From the NCBI GenBank assembly GCA_002497295.1, contig DANO01000029.1, positions 4,978-68,977 on the forward strand: 64,000 nucleotides of DNA. Reading direction: 5' to 3'. Positions 27,566 to 38,400 of the stretch are shown in pieces (positions within the stretch are counted from its first letter, which is position 1; each line of letters opens with the position of its first letter). The DNA comes from Euryarchaeota archaeon UBA171. Its GTDB lineage: Archaea > Thermoplasmatota > Poseidoniia > Poseidoniales > Thalassarchaeaceae. Below the pieces are notes generated by a model. That model was not told the origin of the DNA, did no database searches, and was given only the letters and a program-made list of their open reading frames with translations. The position numbers were made by a program, and so were the translations under genes.

Positions 27566-28393
27566 TTAACGACCCACCCATTCTGGTTCCTTTTTCGAAA
27601 GAAATGCTTCGACTCCTATTGAAGCATCTTCAGTGTCGAAGAGTGCTACAAACTCAGAACGCTCAGCCAAGATACCTTGGGACAAGGGGAGGTCCAATGC
27701 AGCCCTAATTGCTCGTTTTGCCACTTTGATCGTATAGGGGGACTTGGAAGCGATATTACGTGCTATTTCTAGTGTTGAATCCCGTAGATCTTCTGGCGGG
27801 ACGACCTTGTTGACCAAGCCAATCTCCAATGCTCTCTGTGCTGAAACCATATCTCCGGTGAGTACCATCTCAATGGCGGCCCCATATCCTACTAGACTGG
27901 TTAATCGCTGTGTTCCGCCACCTCCTGGGATTAGTCCGAGATTAATCTCTGGCTGCCCAAATTTTGCTCGGGTCGAGGCGATCCTCATATCGCATGAGAG
28001 GGCTAGTTCGGTTCCACCTCCGAGTGCAAAACCGTCGACCATTGCGATCGTTGGTTTAGAAAGATTCCAGACGCCCTCCCAAGCATTTCTCTCAAAAAAA
28101 GGACGGACATCTTCAGAACTTTGACCGGAGAACTCAGTTATATCCGCTCCTGCTGCAAAGGCAACGGGCTTAGGTCGGTCTGCATTCTTTTCAGGTTCAG
28201 TACCAGCAATTACTACCACTCTGGTTGAATCATCGGATTCAGCGCGCTCACAGAGGCCTATGAGCTCCTCGTGCATATCGCGATTGAGCGCATTTAGACG
28301 ATTAGGACGGTTGAGCGACCATATCTCGATATGGCCTCCCTCTGGAAAGGATGGAGTTTCAATCCTGTCTACAGTCACGAGGTGTCCGGTCAT
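27566..28393 (-). CDS. Enoyl-CoA hydratase
   Basis: LNRP..LNAL, FAAGADI, GFALGGGTELALSCD, GQPEINLGLIPGGGGTQRL. Confidence 0.92.
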   Translation of the reverse strand: MTGHLVTVDRIETPSFPEGGHIEIWSLNRPNRLNALNRDMHEELIGLCERAESDDSTRVVVIAGTEPEKNADRPKPVAFAAGADITEFSGQSSEDVRPFFERNAWEGVWNLSKPTIAMVDGFALGGGTELALSCDMRIASTRAKFGQPEINLGLIPGGGGTQRLTSLVGYGAAIEMVLTGDMVSAQRALEIGLVNKVVPPEDLRDSTLEIARNIASKSPYTIKVAKRAIRAALDLPLSQGILAERSEFVALFDTEDASIGVEAFLSKKEPEWVGR

Positions 28394-28441
28394 GGCTCTA
28401 CGTGAGGTTACTTGCTGTTCAACCTCACCACTCTAGTTGGC

Positions 28442-29242
28442 TCACATAGAGGGCGGAGGCGGAGGCGGCATATCCGGTGGCGGAGGCGGAATATTGGAGT
28501 CTGAGTTTGGATCTTTATGTTCAGTGTCATCTCCCATTGTTTCTCCATTCATAGTTGATCTTGATGAGTTGAAAGCAATTCTTCTGGTTATCCTAAGGAC
28601 TCTCCTATCATCGATTCGAACAAGACTTGAGGCACTAGCCCCCTCTTCTCGTTCGCCATCCCTGTATTCGAGAATCTGTAACTCATGCTGAGTGCCCTCA
28701 ATCAATTCATGCAATCCTTCGCCATCCTCGGTACTAGTCCATTGACGTAATCGCTTATTGCGAATGGGTGCCAATGAAATACGACGTTCGCGAGCGATTC
28801 TCTCTCTGATTTCCGTGCGACGTTCGCGTCTATTTTCAACGAATTGCTCAACTTCATCTTCAAATTCCATCTGAGCATCACTCGAAACAGTGTATTTCTC
28901 AGCAATCTTTGCTGAGTCTTTCGTTGATTCTGGACTTGTATTGTTGACAACGGGCGTATCCTCCAGGGGGACTGGGGCTGCAGGTGATTCAGGAGCCTGT
29001 GGTTCTGATGAGTCGCTCTTGATTTCAATCGCGCTCGCTACAGGTACGGCTTTGATTGCTGCAATTGGTGCAATAATCTTCGGAGCGGGTCTTCCTGTGA
29101 ACATGAGTATCGATAGCAGTGCTAGCAAGGTAGTGGCTCCTGCCAAACGAGCAATTGGAGTCACCGCCCCTTGTAAAATCAAAAATGCGGGCGTTCCCAG
29201 TAGAAACATCGACCAGACGATGAGCCTCGAGACTGACACCAT
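28442..29242 (-). CDS. Hypothetical membrane-anchored protein with Pro-rich C-terminus
   Basis: Two N-terminal TM segments, charged helical middle, terminal PPPPPDMPPPPPPSM. Confidence 0.65.
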   Translation of the reverse strand: MVSVSRLIVWSMFLLGTPAFLILQGAVTPIARLAGATTLLALLSILMFTGRPAPKIIAPIAAIKAVPVASAIEIKSDSSEPQAPESPAAPVPLEDTPVVNNTSPESTKDSAKIAEKYTVSSDAQMEFEDEVEQFVENRRERRTEIRERIARERRISLAPIRNKRLRQWTSTEDGEGLHELIEGTQHELQILEYRDGEREEGASASSLVRIDDRRVLRITRRIAFNSSRSTMNGETMGDDTEHKDPNSDSNIPPPPPDMPPPPPPSM

Positions 29243-29269
29243 ATGGGGGGCGGTTGATGTCGCCTGACT

Positions 29270-29878
29270 TCACATTGACGGAAAGTTGAGTTTCTCAACC
29301 ATCATCTTCAGGGCCATTGTCCTATGAGACAGAGCGGTCTTTTCTAACAAAGTCATTTCTGAGAATGTCCGGTCATCGCCTGCTTCGGGAATGAATATTG
29401 GATCGTATCCAAAACCAGAATCTCCTCTCGATTCTAACGATATTCTTCCCTTGCAGTGTCCTTGTACCGAGTGAATCCTTTCTCCGTCCCAGAATGAAAT
29501 TGAAGAGATATATCGTGCTGATTTATCTTTACTTTCTTCGAGCAACTTTACTATTCCCTCGTTGCCGACTGTAGAATGAACATAAGAGGAATAGACTCCC
29601 GGGAATCCCCCAAGTGCATCGATGAATAGCCCGGAATCCTCCACCATAAGCCAGTTGCCATTCAGCTCATCTTCTACCGAATCTAATACTTGCATTATTT
29701 TCGAATGTGCAATCTGGGCGCAATTTTCCCCTTGTGGCTCTACCACGGAAATACTGGAAGAAATATCTTTCAGAGATCTTATTTTGATTTGTAGTTCAGA
29801 CATAACTTGCGAGGCTTCGTCTAACTTGTGTTCGTTACCAGTATGAAAGAATATGAGTTCTGGTTTTTCCCTATGCAT
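29270..29878 (-). CDS. rdgB: Non-canonical purine NTP pyrophosphatase (HAM1/RdgB)
   Basis: TGNEHK, EDSGL.IDAL.GFPGVYS, GFGYDPIF, SHR. Confidence 0.93.
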   Translation of the reverse strand: MHREKPELIFFHTGNEHKLDEASQVMSELQIKIRSLKDISSSISVVEPQGENCAQIAHSKIMQVLDSVEDELNGNWLMVEDSGLFIDALGGFPGVYSSYVHSTVGNEGIVKLLEESKDKSARYISSISFWDGERIHSVQGHCKGRISLESRGDSGFGYDPIFIPEAGDDRTFSEMTLLEKTALSHRTMALKMMVEKLNFPSM

Positions 29879-30524
29879 GGTATCTCACCCTCCCTCGTAT
29901 GGCCTCAAATCGATCTACAACTGCACGTGCATCGAAATTATCCGATTTTGAGTTATCGAGATAGCCCTTCAGAACTCTTTCCATAGATTCTGGCCTATCG
30001 ACATGATGTGCGGAAAGACATTCGTGAAGAGAATGCAGATCGAGACCGAAATGTTCCATCTCGGCCACTAGACGGCCAAGACCATAGTCGATCAGAATCA
30101 AGTCATCGTCAGACCATATGGCATTCAACGTGGTTACATCGCCATGCGATATGCCAGTTGAATGGATTTTCCGAATAGCCTGGCCTAGTTTATACTCGAC
30201 TTGATGATCAGAATCCTCTCGGAGAACTTGAGCAAGACTCCGTCCTTCTACCCTACTCATCATTATCCATCCCTCTGCTGGGTCAATTCCAAATAAAATC
30301 GGAGATTTGACTCCATTTTCACAGAGGCGGACAAGAATCCTAGCTTCGGCGAATATCCTTTGGCGAGAAAGATTCCGTTCGAGGGCGGGGTGCCGGTATC
30401 CTCTTGGAATTCTTCGCTTTAGTACGGCATCTCTTCCGATCCACGTGCCTGAAATGACCTCAGCTTCAGCACCAAGATGAATAGTTTCTAGGGCAACCCA
30501 TGGCAGCCACTCGTCCCCGGCCAT
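29871..30524 (-). CDS. bud32: KEOPS complex kinase Bud32
   Basis: GAEA, KRRIPRGYRHP.L, EARIL, HGDVTTLN, IDYGL, C-terminal R.RY. Confidence 0.88.
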   Translation of the reverse strand: MAGDEWLPWVALETIHLGAEAEVISGTWIGRDAVLKRRIPRGYRHPALERNLSRQRIFAEARILVRLCENGVKSPILFGIDPAEGWIMMSRVEGRSLAQVLREDSDHQVEYKLGQAIRKIHSTGISHGDVTTLNAIWSDDDLILIDYGLGRLVAEMEHFGLDLHSLHECLSAHHVDRPESMERVLKGYLDNSKSDNFDARAVVDRFEAIRGRVRYHA

Positions 30525-30581
30525 ATGGGTTCCACATTAGATGGCTTGAAAGGTATTGCAGTCAGAAGGAGTTCTGTCGAC

Positions 30582-31670
30582 ATGGTCCTGAAATTACCGC
30601 CATTGCCCCAGAGAAAAGATCTGGTTCATCCTATATCGATGAATAATGACGAGTTGGAGATTGAGGCACATAGGCTGATGGAACGCATAGGGCAAAAAAT
30701 GAGATGGAGTCTTGACGCCTGTCGAACAATCGCGCCGTTAACATTGAAAATCAATCATCTAAAGAAAGAGAAGGACGTGATTCTGATTGCACATACGTAT
30801 CAAACACCAGACATTGTCTATGGGGTTGCAGATGCTGTTGGAGATAGCTACACACTCTCGAAAATAGCCAGAGATGCCCCTCAATCAATCATACTGTTCT
30901 CGAGTGTACGATTCATGGCAGAGACGGCCAAAATCCTCAGTCCTGATAAGACGGTTCTCCATCCATCTCCAGAAGCTGGTTGTTCGCTATCAGAAGGAAT
31001 CAATGCAGATGATGTTCGCAAGCTTAGAGCACTGCATCCAGGCGTACCCGTGGCTTGTTACATCAATACAACTGCAGCTGTTAAAGCTGAGTGTGATGTT
31101 TGTGTCACCAGCAGCAATTATCTTTCAATTGCAGAAAATCTTCCTGGTGATGAGTTAATTTTCGTTCCAGACAGGCTCATGGGCCAACATCTGAGGACCC
31201 ATCTTGAGGGGAAGAAGACCGTGTATCTGCATGAGGCGGATTGCGAAGTTCATGCAGCATTCAACACGACTAGCATCCAACGTCAGAGAAGAGAGGCGCG
31301 GAAGAGGGGGATTGAGTTGCGAGTGCTGGCCCATCCAGAATGTGATGCCGATGTGCTGGCTGCAAGTGATTTTGTTGGGAGTTCGGAGAGGATACTTATC
31401 GAAGCAAAGCGAATTGCATCCGAAGAGGAGGCTGCAGTGATGATGATTACCGAATGCGGCACAGCAGAGCGAGCCATGGCTGAATCAGAAAAGCCAATTG
31501 AACTGATGGGTACTTGTTCAATGTGCAGACACATGAAGAGAACTCATCTGGAAGACATCCTACAAGCTATTGAATCTCCAAGAGGGGATCAAATCATTGA
31601 GATAGGGGACGATGTAATAGGTAGAGCTCGAGACTGTCTCAATCAAATGTTTGAACTTGCTGAATCTTGA
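30582..31670 (+). CDS. nadA: Quinolinate synthase
   Basis: ILIAHTYQ, GDS, VRFMAETAKILSP, AGCSL, YINT.A.VKA, TSSN, CEVH, AHPEC, TECG, C.HMK. Confidence 0.92.
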   Translation: MVLKLPPLPQRKDLVHPISMNNDELEIEAHRLMERIGQKMRWSLDACRTIAPLTLKINHLKKEKDVILIAHTYQTPDIVYGVADAVGDSYTLSKIARDAPQSIILFSSVRFMAETAKILSPDKTVLHPSPEAGCSLSEGINADDVRKLRALHPGVPVACYINTTAAVKAECDVCVTSSNYLSIAENLPGDELIFVPDRLMGQHLRTHLEGKKTVYLHEADCEVHAAFNTTSIQRQRREARKRGIELRVLAHPECDADVLAASDFVGSSERILIEAKRIASEEEAAVMMITECGTAERAMAESEKPIELMGTCSMCRHMKRTHLEDILQAIESPRGDQIIEIGDDVIGRARDCLNQMFELAES

Positions 31671-33775
31671 GAGTGTTTGCTCTCTGATGCTGCTTGGACG
31701 GTCCAGACCATTAGAAGTGGAGCGAGTATCACCACTGCAGCTTGGAGGAGTATGGATGAATATGGCTCAAATGGATCTTCTAAATTGTATACTTCCAGTA
31801 TAGTGTTTCCATCCTCATCAGTGACAAGCCATGCAGCGCCGATAGAAACAATTCTTGGATCTTCGTGAAATGCCTCTGAACCACTTGTAAGTGAAATCAA
31901 AATCTTTTCACTTCTGTCGTAGAGATATACATCATTTAAGTTGCTATCAGTATCTTGATTGTTTGGATCGAAGGCTGTGATTTGAGTGAAAACTATCCTA
32001 TCATCTGTCATATGTGGGCTCCATGCATCCCAAGCTGGTTCTGATATAATGGCAGAATTTCCAACTACTCTATCGACGAGGACAACGCGTCGTATCTGAC
32101 CGACATCCACGACTACTGCAATGGATGTTCCATCCGCTGATATCTCAGTGATTGTCCCGTTAACTGGGTCAACGAAGATTTCTGCATCTATTAGTCCAGA
32201 TTCTATTTCATCACTAGCAGAGGCATTGACGAAGATGTTCTGTCTTGTCTCCGACGATACTGAGAATATGCCTAACTTTGGGCCATCTGTTCCATTGATT
32301 GCCCATATTACTGTATCACCATACGCTGCAAGTGCGGTTGCGCCAGCCGCCTCCGGTATCTTCGCAAGTTCTAATCCTGAAGGGTACAGAATCGATATTC
32401 CCTCGTTGTTCAGTAAGGCAGCATAAGAAGTGCCATCCACCATTGTACCAATCGCAAGCTCCTGTATTCTCATTTCCACATCGTTCCTATATTGTGGTGA
32501 AATCGTACCGAAGGAAGTATCGATTGCGAACCAGTCGAATCTGAAACCTGCATAAATTGCCATCTTATCTTCGGATATTTCGACAGACGGGGTAATTGCC
32601 CATGGAGCACCTCCAACCACGAATGACTCAGATGTGCTTAGGTTCCATGCTGTGATCGTGGGTGTCTCATCGGGTGTTTCATTGACTGCGATCATCCACT
32701 CGCCCTCTCCTGTTGCCTCTGATGGGAATTCGACGCCCTCCAAGGGGAATGATTGGTGTGTGGCATCATAGACGAGTATGGTCGTCGTCAGGAAGAGGAC
32801 TGCGACTATGGCAGCCGAAGTCTGCTTCCTGGAAGCCTGTCGATAAGGCCTCAAAGCTCTTGAAATAATTCTTCTTGCCTTCTTCAAAGCCAGTTTCGGA
32901 TTATCTATCAATAGAGCAAATCGTCTTCCTATCAAGCGTTCATCAAAGGCTCCCCAGACGCCTTTTCTGGTTTTATCTGCGAGGGCTACTGCAAGATGCG
33001 CAATTATTACGCCCCCGAGTATATCTGCAATCCAATGGATGCCAAGGTACACGATTGTGAAGCTTGTTACGAGGATGAACGCGCCGAGTAGTTTCGTAAA
33101 TCTGTTCCACCTCCCATCATCATCCCATCGGATAAAAGCCAGCCAGATGGCAACGGGCATTCCAACATGGAGGCTTGGCATCCCATTGGTAAACGGATCA
33201 ATGCCTGCGAACCAGTTCCTAATCTCCGGAGTTAAGTCGTAGGCCAATGTTTCCATGCCGGGTATGACATCACCTGTGACTCGCACGTTTAGGAAGAGAT
33301 AGAATGGCACAGCTAAGATGTAGACATAGAAAATTGTCAGTGATACCCTATCTGCCATGTATCTGTCATCAGCGTAAATGGGATAAATGAAAGATGAGAA
33401 CATTGCAGTCATATATCCCATTACATAGAAGTGAGTGAGTCCCACAGTGAGGAATTTCGACTGAAAGGCATCCTGAACCCAGAGAACAACATCGCCCTCG
33501 ATAGCATAGATATACGGGGTAATTTCGATTCTTGTGCTAGCCATAAGAGCCCTATCTATTTGGTCAAGCGGGTCTTTCCAAAGATACACGGAGAAGACGA
33601 TGATCATGTGGAACCAATATCTTCGGAACATGTCCACGTAAGCACTCCATGAGTGGCGAATGAATCTCGGTCTAAGCAACGGCATCAATGCGATGCTACA
33701 GAGTATTGCTGCAGTAACCCAAGTGAGATAGATGCCCGTCTGCGCCATGTTACGAGCCTGTGTGCCCGTGTCCAC
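31643..33775 (-). CDS. AUR1/IPC-synthase-like PAP2 membrane enzyme fused to a large, probably extracellular, beta-rich domain
   Basis: Multi-TM N-half with MPSLHVG and YLGIHWIADILGG; acidic beta-rich C-half; final TM. Confidence 0.75.
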   Translation of the reverse strand: MDTGTQARNMAQTGIYLTWVTAAILCSIALMPLLRPRFIRHSWSAYVDMFRRYWFHMIIVFSVYLWKDPLDQIDRALMASTRIEITPYIYAIEGDVVLWVQDAFQSKFLTVGLTHFYVMGYMTAMFSSFIYPIYADDRYMADRVSLTIFYVYILAVPFYLFLNVRVTGDVIPGMETLAYDLTPEIRNWFAGIDPFTNGMPSLHVGMPVAIWLAFIRWDDDGRWNRFTKLLGAFILVTSFTIVYLGIHWIADILGGVIIAHLAVALADKTRKGVWGAFDERLIGRRFALLIDNPKLALKKARRIISRALRPYRQASRKQTSAAIVAVLFLTTTILVYDATHQSFPLEGVEFPSEATGEGEWMIAVNETPDETPTITAWNLSTSESFVVGGAPWAITPSVEISEDKMAIYAGFRFDWFAIDTSFGTISPQYRNDVEMRIQELAIGTMVDGTSYAALLNNEGISILYPSGLELAKIPEAAGATALAAYGDTVIWAINGTDGPKLGIFSVSSETRQNIFVNASASDEIESGLIDAEIFVDPVNGTITEISADGTSIAVVVDVGQIRRVVLVDRVVGNSAIISEPAWDAWSPHMTDDRIVFTQITAFDPNNQDTDSNLNDVYLYDRSEKILISLTSGSEAFHEDPRIVSIGAAWLVTDEDGNTILEVYNLEDPFEPYSSILLQAAVVILAPLLMVWTVQAASESKHSQDSASSNI

Positions 33776-33804
33776 ATCATGAATGGAACCCCTGTGAGGA
33801 GGTT

Positions 33805-34818
33805 TTACCGAATATTGACGGGTGTTCTCTCTGTTGCTTCGACTATTTCCATAACTTTGTCGACTACATTGACAAAGGATCTTGCTGTTGTCCCCTCGGG
33901 ATCTGCGATAATTCGGTGTACTCCATCATCACCACCCCTGACGACTCCTGGATCAAAAGGAATCTTGCCCAAAAAGGGGACTTCCAAATCCTTAGCTGCT
34001 TTCTCCCCTCCACCGGATTTGAAAACATCCAGAACAGTTTCCCATCTCCCGTTTTCGTCAGTTTCTAACTCCAAGGTTAAACCACCGGGTGCGTCTATTG
34101 ATACGGATGATCCAGCCGATGCAGATCCTGTCAATGTATATCCGCTCATATTTTCTACGACGCCTATTACTGGAAGAGAGACTGTCTTGGCGAAATTAAT
34201 CGACTTTCGACTATCGAGTAAAGCAACTTCCTGAGGAGTCGTTACAATGACGACTCCGTCTATCCCGGGAAGATTCTGTGAAACAGTGAGTGGTTCGTCA
34301 CTCGTCCCTGGAGGGAAATCAATGATGAGCGCATCCAATTTGCCCCATGCTACATCTCCTATGAATTGCTGAATAGCACCGAGTTTAATCGGTCCCCTCC
34401 AAATGACTGGCTTGTCAGGATCTTCGATGAGGAATGCCATTGAAATGACTTTGATTCCTTCGGGGCCGATTGCTGGGAATATCTGGCCCTCCTCGACATG
34501 TAGCTCGGCTTCTTCAAGTGCCAGCATCTTGGGAATGTTTGGGCCTGTTATATCGATATCCATGATTCCAACTGACATACCTCTGCGTGCGAGAGTGAGG
34601 GCTAAGCCGACAGAAACGGTGGACTTTCCAACACCACCTTTGCCTGAGAGGACCATTATCTTGTGTTTAATCGACTTATCCATCTCTTCCATTCGCATCT
34701 TCCGACGCATCTGAGCGTATGCCTGCTCCATTTGTGCAGCCTGTTCATTTGTGGCAGCAGTCTTCTCATTATCCTCGGGTTTATCGCCAGTGTGATACGA
34801 AACGGGGCCCTTTGCCAT
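33805..34818 (-). CDS. mrp: Mrp/NBP35 (ApbC) family P-loop ATPase, cysteine-free variant
   Basis: SGKGGVGKST, DIDITGP, WRGP, DFPPGTSD, TTPQ, ENMS; no CxxC. Confidence 0.88.
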   Translation of the reverse strand: MAKGPVSYHTGDKPEDNEKTAATNEQAAQMEQAYAQMRRKMRMEEMDKSIKHKIMVLSGKGGVGKSTVSVGLALTLARRGMSVGIMDIDITGPNIPKMLALEEAELHVEEGQIFPAIGPEGIKVISMAFLIEDPDKPVIWRGPIKLGAIQQFIGDVAWGKLDALIIDFPPGTSDEPLTVSQNLPGIDGVVIVTTPQEVALLDSRKSINFAKTVSLPVIGVVENMSGYTLTGSASAGSSVSIDAPGGLTLELETDENGRWETVLDVFKSGGGEKAAKDLEVPFLGKIPFDPGVVRGGDDGVHRIIADPEGTTARSFVNVVDKVMEIVEATERTPVNIR

Positions 34819-34916
34819 GTTTGCTCACATCGACACCGATACTTCAAACTGAGTCTGCCCGTGTATGGTTATTATGTACGCGATATTCAAGTATGTTATG
34901 TCCTGTTAATGTGGAT

Positions 34917-35297
34917 ATGAAGTTACTTTTCGTCTGCGTGGGAAACACTTGCAGGAGTCAGATGGCTGAATCGATTGCAAGATATCTTGGGCACGAGGCA
35001 TATTCGGGAGGCACTGATCCCGGGAACAGCGTATCTGGAAATGCGATAGAGGCACTTTTGGAAGGAGGGTATTCCTCGGAAGGCCTTACTCCAAAATCAA
35101 TTGATCTCGTTTACCCGGGGGATTACGATATGATAATCAGCATGGGGTGTGGTGTTTCATGTCCAAACATACCTATCGACGAAGATTGGGGGTTGGAAGA
35201 TCCGGTTGGTCAGAATCTCGAAGTCTTCAGAAGCACCAGAGACGAAATTCTGCTTCGAATCTCAAGAATGGTCGGTGACCTCTCGACCGACGCATAG
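34917..35297 (+). CDS. LMW-PTP / thioredoxin-type arsenate reductase family protein
   Basis: CVGNTCRSQMAE, MGCGVSCP, DWGLEDP. Confidence 0.88.
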   Translation: MKLLFVCVGNTCRSQMAESIARYLGHEAYSGGTDPGNSVSGNAIEALLEGGYSSEGLTPKSIDLVYPGDYDMIISMGCGVSCPNIPIDEDWGLEDPVGQNLEVFRSTRDEILLRISRMVGDLSTDA

Positions 35298-35327
35298 AAA
35301 AGGCAAGTTCCGGACACTCGCCTCACT

Positions 35328-35402
35328 GCGAGCGTAGTGTAGTGGTTATCACCCCACGTTGCCAACGTGGGAACCCGGGTTCAAATCCCGGCGCTCGCAC
35401 CA
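35328..35402 (+). tRNA. tRNA-Gly(GCC) with genomically encoded CCA
   Basis: Acceptor GCGAGCG/CGCTCGC plus A-CCA; anticodon arm CCACG-TTGCCAA-CGTGG; T arm CCGGG-TTCAAAT-CCCGG. Confidence 0.97.
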
Positions 35403-35403
35403 T

Positions 35404-38400
35404 CTATTCAATCGATTCATCAGAGATGAAAACTCTGATTATCGCCCCGATTGCGCCCATTGTCAGCATTGCTGCGACTACAACTGCCAGTATGTCGGCA
35501 TTGCTTCCCAGCCAGCTAGCAGAATCTGGTGATTCCTCCCTAACAAGTGTGATCTGATGGTCTTGTTCTTCAAGAGGGGTCATGGATTGGTAGATATCAG
35601 TCGCCCTGATTCTTATTTCCATGGTTCCCGGTTCTAGAGAAGTTCTTGCATTGAATTCAACAGAGTACACTCCGTCCCCTGCAATGCTATCTCCATTGAT
35701 GCCATTGTCATTCATGTTCAACCAGGACTCCGATGACCCGATTGGAGCTAAGCGGCCTATCTTCGTCTGAACGACAGAAACTCCGTCTGGATCGGACACG
35801 CTTACCTCCAAGACATGTCGGATGGGTTCCCCTGAAATTGGTAAAACTACAGAATCGAGGTATTCTTCCCCTGTGGTCTGCGAATCTCCCCTGATTAGTA
35901 TAGAGGTGGAAATCATGGGAGGTTCATTCAGTACGATGAATGAGACGTCGTCGCCCAATACGCCAGTATGGATCGTTCTTGCACCGAATGAGTCCTCAAG
36001 TACGACAGGGAAAACCACCTTTCCTGGACTCACGCCAAATGGCATTATGGCGCTGCCTGACCATGTATCTCCACTTAATTCAAGCATCACCTTATCACCG
36101 CCATATGATTGTAAATCTATGCTAACAGTCGCAATTCCATGCATATCCATCGCATCAACTGAGATAGAGAACTCTTCACCCCGGAATAGTCGATTTGGTG
36201 CCCTATCGACTTCTATGACCTTGGGTCCTGGGTTAGTGATGTTCAGTATGACGTTCTCGGAAATTGTCGCCCAGATGTCCTGCACGTAGATAGTGGCTTC
36301 CATGGCCCCATAGAATAGTCCCGAGGAGTTGGCTTGGGCAGTCCAGATATCGTCATGGACGACAAGGTCGCCTGATAGGCCCGAGTCTGAAAGCTCCAAC
36401 ATCCCCCAATCCTCGCCATGGAGATCTATCATGACCGAAACTACGTCAGTATCCGGATCCACAATGGTAATTTCGAGATGCACAGTGCCCCCTTCTCCAC
36501 GCCATATCCCCTCTCTGTAAGCAACGCCTGTAATCTCGGGGAGGGTATTCTCAGCAGCAGTAATGACAGATGGCCTGAGCACCCTGTCAACTGTCTGAGT
36601 TTCCCTGAATATCGATATATCTTCGTCCTCCACAATGGGCAATGACATCGTACGCTCACAATAGATCAACAATCCTGCCAAGATTCCTTCGTTCACCGTA
36701 GAACCAATTGCTTGTCCTCCCCCTGGATATGTTCCAATCCATTCTGCTGACTTGACCTCATGGCCATCGATATCTGCAATCGAGGTGTTTTGTACTTCAA
36801 CGGCCATTGAAAATCGGCCATCGTGCACCAAATCTATCCTATCGCCCTGAGTTAGCACATCAGGTACCAGCCCAGACTCTCTAGTCACATTTGAAGAAAG
36901 AATAGAAACGGCCTCGGGAGGCACTGGGCTGAGAACAATTGGAGACTCTGGCGGGTATTCATTGTTGACTTCTCCATTATCCTCCACATAGCGATATCTC
37001 ACTACTGGAGATTCCCAATCGATGTAGGGGGACGTGTAAAGATACGTAAGATTGTGATCGGAATAAAGCTCCTGACCAGGAACAGTGAATGTGGATCCTG
37101 AGACGTTGAACCAATATTCATCACGAATAACGATCACATCGTGATCAACTCCAGAAGAGTTGGTCTGTACACCGGTATTCACGATTTGCCTGACTGATCC
37201 AAATGTTCCGGAGGCGGTACCAGAATAAATTCCATCGAGAATGAATGTATCAGCGATGATTACCCCGTCTAACTGTTCATTGTAAATCTCTTCAATAGTC
37301 CCATTTACCTCGATTTGAATGCCATTATCATCCTCAATCAAGACGTCGAAATCGCCTTCTCCTCTGAATCTCTGATGTTGCTCGACGCGCTGATCTCCTT
37401 CCCAACGTTCTCTCAGTATGAACTCGTCGAGTTCGAAGTTTATTCTATCTGAGTCAAACTCAATCATTGCGGTGGCCATTGCCTCGATCCAGATGTCCTG
37501 GAAGACTCGTTCGCCATCTACATCGATGGTTTGGTACCTCAACAGGGATATTTCGCCCGATATATCGAGTGAGCCCTCTTCATTTGAATTCAAAACTAAT
37601 GAGCCGTTTGCCTCGAGTTCTAGTTGCTCCGTAACTATTCCATTTTCTAGTATTCTTGTGAATTTGGCTTCTCTAACTGTGCCATCGACCGATATGCCCT
37701 CCATTCCATCATAGAGGATCATTCGTATTGTTCCTGAACCTTCTAGTTGGAACTTCTGGCTGGAAAGCTCAGTTCCATTCCAAGACTCGTTCAACCATGC
37801 TCTCTGAATATCCAATTTTACATCGATCTCCCTGTCTTGATCGTTGAGCATCAATCGTATAGTCCCGTTTCCGAGCTCATTGGCTTCTAGATTCAAATCT
37901 GAGCGCTGCTGCCACCCTCTTCCAGTTACAGACAATGCAGTTTCGTCAGCTCCAGAAGTTAACGACCAAGTTGTTTCTCTGGTGATTTCATGGTCCATCA
38001 CCGGCTGATTCCACATGGTGACTTCGAACGACCTCTCACAAGATGCTTCGGTTGTTTCGACCGAGATGGAAACAATGTCTCCAAAAGACGGAGCATGGGA
38101 CATCTGTATGTCTATCACCCCTCCTGCGGTGAGAGAGGAATACGTTCCAACCTGGATTCCAGTGTTATCTAGATGGGTTGCGATTACATCTACATTAGAA
38201 GGATCCACTGCGAAAGGGAACGACGGATAGAATTGTACTCTGTAAGCATGTTGGGTTTGTTCCTCTGAATCGCTCCAAAAGGTTCCCCAGTCTGCATGTA
38301 TGATACATTCTCTGGAGTCGGGCTCGTTACCTTCTTGTTGTGCTACCGCAATTGATGAGAAGGCGAGTGATGCTGTTAGCACAGCCAGGACGAGTGCCTC

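Noticed and set aside
28442..28495. GGCGGA repeats as a DNA repeat element
   Set aside because: They simply encode the poly-proline tail of the minus-strand CDS.
29871..30524. Stand-alone bud32 without adjacent kae1
   Set aside because: Split and fused arrangements both occur in archaea; kae1 may lie outside the window.
35328..35402. tRNA-Gly as an integration site for an island or provirus
   Set aside because: No integrase, no duplicated tRNA 3' end seen in the window, and flanking genes look chromosomal.
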